The position numbers and the translations under genes were made by a program. Below are positions 61,174-64,000 of a stretch of DNA of 64,000 nucleotides, in pieces. The stretch is taken from the NCBI GenBank assembly GCA_963736855.1, contig CAVTQK010000015.1, forward strand, positions 384,001-448,000, in the 5' to 3' direction. This DNA comes from an uncultured delta proteobacterium (GTDB lineage Bacteria > Desulfobacterota > Desulfobacteria > Desulfobacterales > UBA2156). The notes below the pieces were generated by a model. The model ran no database searches. It saw only the letters and a list, made by a program, of their open reading frames with translations, and was not told the DNA's origin. Numbering within the stretch: the stretch's first letter is position 1; each line of letters opens with the position of its first letter.

Positions 61174-62564
61174 GATCTGCCTTCCGTTGGTTTGGAGGCC
61201 GAGCCCGTTATGATAACACCGCTGTCATCCTCACTCACCCCATTCCCGCCCGTAAGGTGCGCGGCCACCACTCTCAAGATCTTTTCCACAGCTCCCCTTC
61301 CTTCAGAAGCTACCCGGTAAGCGGCCAGACCCATCGCCTCGGCAGTTTTCGGGTCCTTCATCAACCGGAGCATCACGGCAGCCAATGATTCCGAGTCTGG
61401 AACACAAACGGCGGCACCTGCTTTCAGGAGTGCGTCGGCGATCGACGCAAAGTCGCTCATGTCCGGACCAAACAGGATCGGCTTGCCCCGCGCAGCTGGT
61501 TCCAGGGGGTTATGCCCTCCTTCTCTGACCAGGCTCCCACCCACAAAGACCATATCCGCGGCAGCATAAAGATTTGTTAAAACACCCAGCCGGTCCACAA
61601 CCAGGCAAACCGGGCTTTTGGATCTTTTGCCGTCCGGTTCGCTGAGCAAAAACGCCTTGAGACTCAGGGATTCAGCCATACGGCAGACAGCACCCGCCCG
61701 TTGGGGATCCCTGGGCGCCAAGACGATTCCTGCATCCGGGATAGATTCCCGGATTCTTAAAAATGCATGAAAGATCTTCTCTTCTTCTCCTTTGTGGGTG
61801 CTTCCGGCCACCAGGATTTTTTGGCTTACGTCAAATCCGAGATCCTGTTTCAGAGTCCCCGCCTCCAAAGGCATTGCCAACACAGCCGAATGTTCATACT
61901 TGAGGTTTCCCGTGATCTGAATCCGGCTTTCCGGAACCCCCAGGCGGGTGAAGCGACGAGCATCCTCCACGGTGGGCGCGCATACTCCGGAAAGCGCACC
62001 AAAGAGCATTCGGGTCACGGATTGAAATTGCCGGTATCGGGCATACGATTTCCTGGAGATCCGGGCATTGATCAGGACGAGGGGGATCTTTCTTTTTCGC
62101 AAGGAAAAAATGAAATTGGGCCACAGGTCGGTTTCAAGGATTAAAACAATGGCCGGATCGACTCGCTTGATAACGGATCGGACGCAAGGCCACCCGTCAA
62201 AGGGAAAGAAAAAAACCGGCTTTTGAATCCCGTCGACGAGCTGGCCGGCCAGCTCGAATCCGCTGAAGGTGCTTACCGACAACACGACGGGACGATCCGA
62301 AAAACGGCCCTTGAAGGCCTGGATCAGGGGGATCGCCGCCATCACCTCCCCCACCGACAAGGCGTGTACCCAGACAGGTCGGCGCTTATAGCGGGCTGCA
62401 CAACTTGGAATTGCCGTGAAACCCATACGCCTGAAAACCGTTTTTCGGCGTTTTTGAGAAAGCATCCCCATGGGGAGGATGAAGGGCATCACAAGGATCA
62501 CACCCAGGGCCATCGCCAGGTTATATCCCCAAAGCATCAATGTCGGGATTTTTTTAATCAGCAT
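61170..62564 (-). CDS. waaA: Kdo transferase
   Basis: WVHALSVGE, ETDLWPN, NARIS, GSTH, GGHNPLEPA. Confidence 0.95.
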   Translation of the reverse strand: MLIKKIPTLMLWGYNLAMALGVILVMPFILPMGMLSQKRRKTVFRRMGFTAIPSCAARYKRRPVWVHALSVGEVMAAIPLIQAFKGRFSDRPVVLSVSTFSGFELAGQLVDGIQKPVFFFPFDGWPCVRSVIKRVDPAIVLILETDLWPNFIFSLRKRKIPLVLINARISRKSYARYRQFQSVTRMLFGALSGVCAPTVEDARRFTRLGVPESRIQITGNLKYEHSAVLAMPLEAGTLKQDLGFDVSQKILVAGSTHKGEEEKIFHAFLRIRESIPDAGIVLAPRDPQRAGAVCRMAESLSLKAFLLSEPDGKRSKSPVCLVVDRLGVLTNLYAAADMVFVGGSLVREGGHNPLEPAARGKPILFGPDMSDFASIADALLKAGAAVCVPDSESLAAVMLRLMKDPKTAEAMGLAAYRVASEGRGAVEKILRVVAAHLTGGNGVSEDDSGVIITGSASKPTEGRS

Positions 62565-63630
62565 GCATCAGGTTGACGGCGGCAAAACACGCAAAGACGA
62601 AATTTGCCACCCATGGCGCAATCGCCACGGGAAGCATCTCACCATACCCCAGTGACAGACAGAAGCTATAAAAGATCCAATAAATAAAGGCTGCTCCGAT
62701 GCCACAAGCGATCCCCATGGGCATGGCCTCTTTCACCGACCGTTTGAGCGCAATGCCCAGACCCAATAGACTCATGATCACACAAACAAAAGGGAAGGCG
62801 ATCTTGGCGTGAAGATCCACTCGATATAGGGTCGCGTCATACCCTTCCATCTCCACCTTCCGAACGTACTCGTGCAGTTCGACCAGGTTCATTTCTTCCG
62901 ATTTCTTCACGACCCTCTGAAGATCTTCGGGAAGAAGGTCCAGGGTTTCCTCTTTAAGGTCGAATCCGATGGTTTGGTATCTATTGGTCTTTGAATCGAA
63001 CACTTGCTCCATTCCGTCTAATAATATCCACTTACCATTCTGGTAGTATCCCTCCTCGGCGTCGACCCGGTGCACTAGTTGAAAATTCGGGCCAAATCCA
63101 TGCAGGGTGATCCCGTGAAAGGTCTTCCGGGCCGGGTCGTAATACCGGATATGAGTGATGTACCGATTGCTCTTGATCCAGATATTTTTCTCCCGGGAAG
63201 TCATGGCCGATTCCTTCCGGACCTCAACGAGCCATATTTGATTGGCCCTTGTCATACTCATGGGGATTCCGATTTCAGAGATTAAAAACAGCAGAACCGA
63301 AAATCCGAAACCCGATAACAGGACTGGAAACAAGAGCCCATTGACCCCGATTCCACTTCCTTTCAAGGCAATCCACTCGTTGTTCTTGTTCATGAGTCCG
63401 AAGGTGATCAGGGTCGAAAGCAGAACCCCGACCGGGATGATTTGACCCAGGATAAACGGAATCTTTAGAAGAAAATAGATGCCGGCCCGCGACAGCGGCA
63501 ATCCCGCCTCGATGAAATCATCGATTTTTTCGAAAAAATCGACGGCGAGATAGATGCCCACGACCATCGCCAGGACCATCATGAAAAACCGCAGGATCTC
63601 TTTGAGAATGTATCGATGTAAAATCGACAT
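62554..63630 (-). CDS. lptG: LPS export permease LptG
   Basis: ILHRYI, NEWIALKGSG, YjgP/YjgQ topology; follows lptF. Confidence 0.92.
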   Translation of the reverse strand: MSILHRYILKEILRFFMMVLAMVVGIYLAVDFFEKIDDFIEAGLPLSRAGIYFLLKIPFILGQIIPVGVLLSTLITFGLMNKNNEWIALKGSGIGVNGLLFPVLLSGFGFSVLLFLISEIGIPMSMTRANQIWLVEVRKESAMTSREKNIWIKSNRYITHIRYYDPARKTFHGITLHGFGPNFQLVHRVDAEEGYYQNGKWILLDGMEQVFDSKTNRYQTIGFDLKEETLDLLPEDLQRVVKKSEEMNLVELHEYVRKVEMEGYDATLYRVDLHAKIAFPFVCVIMSLLGLGIALKRSVKEAMPMGIACGIGAAFIYWIFYSFCLSLGYGEMLPVAIAPWVANFVFACFAAVNLMHAD

Positions 63631-63641
63631 GGCATGGACGC

Positions 63642-63998
63642 TTATTTCGGTTTCTTCATAAAACGAGCTTTCACCCTTGCGAATGCGAACCGGATCTCAT
63701 CGATTCCCACCGTCCGTTCTCTGGCCGAGCGAATGAGCAGAAAAATCCCGATCCCTCCGAAAACGATATTAGGCGCCCACATCCCGATAGCCGGAGGATA
63801 GGCTCCGGTCTCCCCAAAGACCCAACCCATCGATAACATAAGATAATACGCTAAAAAGAAAATTAGTCCTAAAAGGATGCCGAACGATCGTTTTGCGGAC
63901 TTGGAATGGATGCCCAGGGGCACCCCCAGTATCCCCAGCGCAAAACAAGCGGCCGGTATGGAAAATTTTTTATGATACTCCATCAGGGTCAGATAATA
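63642..63998 (-). CDS. lptF: LPS export permease LptF, 5'-partial (runs off window end)
   Basis: EYHKKFSIPAAC...GVPLG...YY...W.PN; frame is open to the window edge. Confidence 0.88.
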   Translation of the reverse strand, partial: YYLTLMEYHKKFSIPAACFALGILGVPLGIHSKSAKRSFGILLGLIFFLAYYLMLSMGWVFGETGAYPPAIGMWAPNIVFGGIGIFLLIRSARERTVGIDEIRFAFARVKARFMKKPK

Positions 63999-64000
63999 CT

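Overview
Bacterial chromosomal segment whose gene content and order point to a sulfate-reducing deltaproteobacterium (Desulfobacterales-like; inference). It has three parts. (1) 1-17.0 kb is an accessory island. Five same-orientation remnants of one IS91/ISCR-type rolling-circle element (ori-like ends at 1786, 6424, 10908, 14199, 16733) divide it into modules. All 11 passenger genes lie on the minus strand: secreted CARDB-like and YVTN/CFI-box proteins, an octaheme c + triheme c + cytochrome b module, a TAXI receptor + hybrid kinase, a PAS sigma54 activator + GNAT, a diguanylate cyclase and a PAS protein. Orphan gene fragments lie at module edges. This cassette-like array is the main candidate for an undescribed system. 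(2) 17.1-40.1 kb is housekeeping core: rpsF-rpsR-DUF2232-rplI, glcD-like, a divergent dnaA paralogue-dnaB-hflX-suhB, pdxA, uvrA, atpZ/I/B/E, pyrK, pgeF, rfaE2, comF, rlmB, gmk, remA, yicC, Trm112. (3) 40.8-50.4 kb is a sigma54-driven operon (kinase, three stand-alone receivers, TauE-family membrane protein, PEP-synthase-like protein), followed by an LPS/lipid A cluster (50.4-64 kb) running off the edge in lptF. No tRNA, rRNA or CRISPR array was recognised. All family assignments come from motif recognition by eye; no searches were run.
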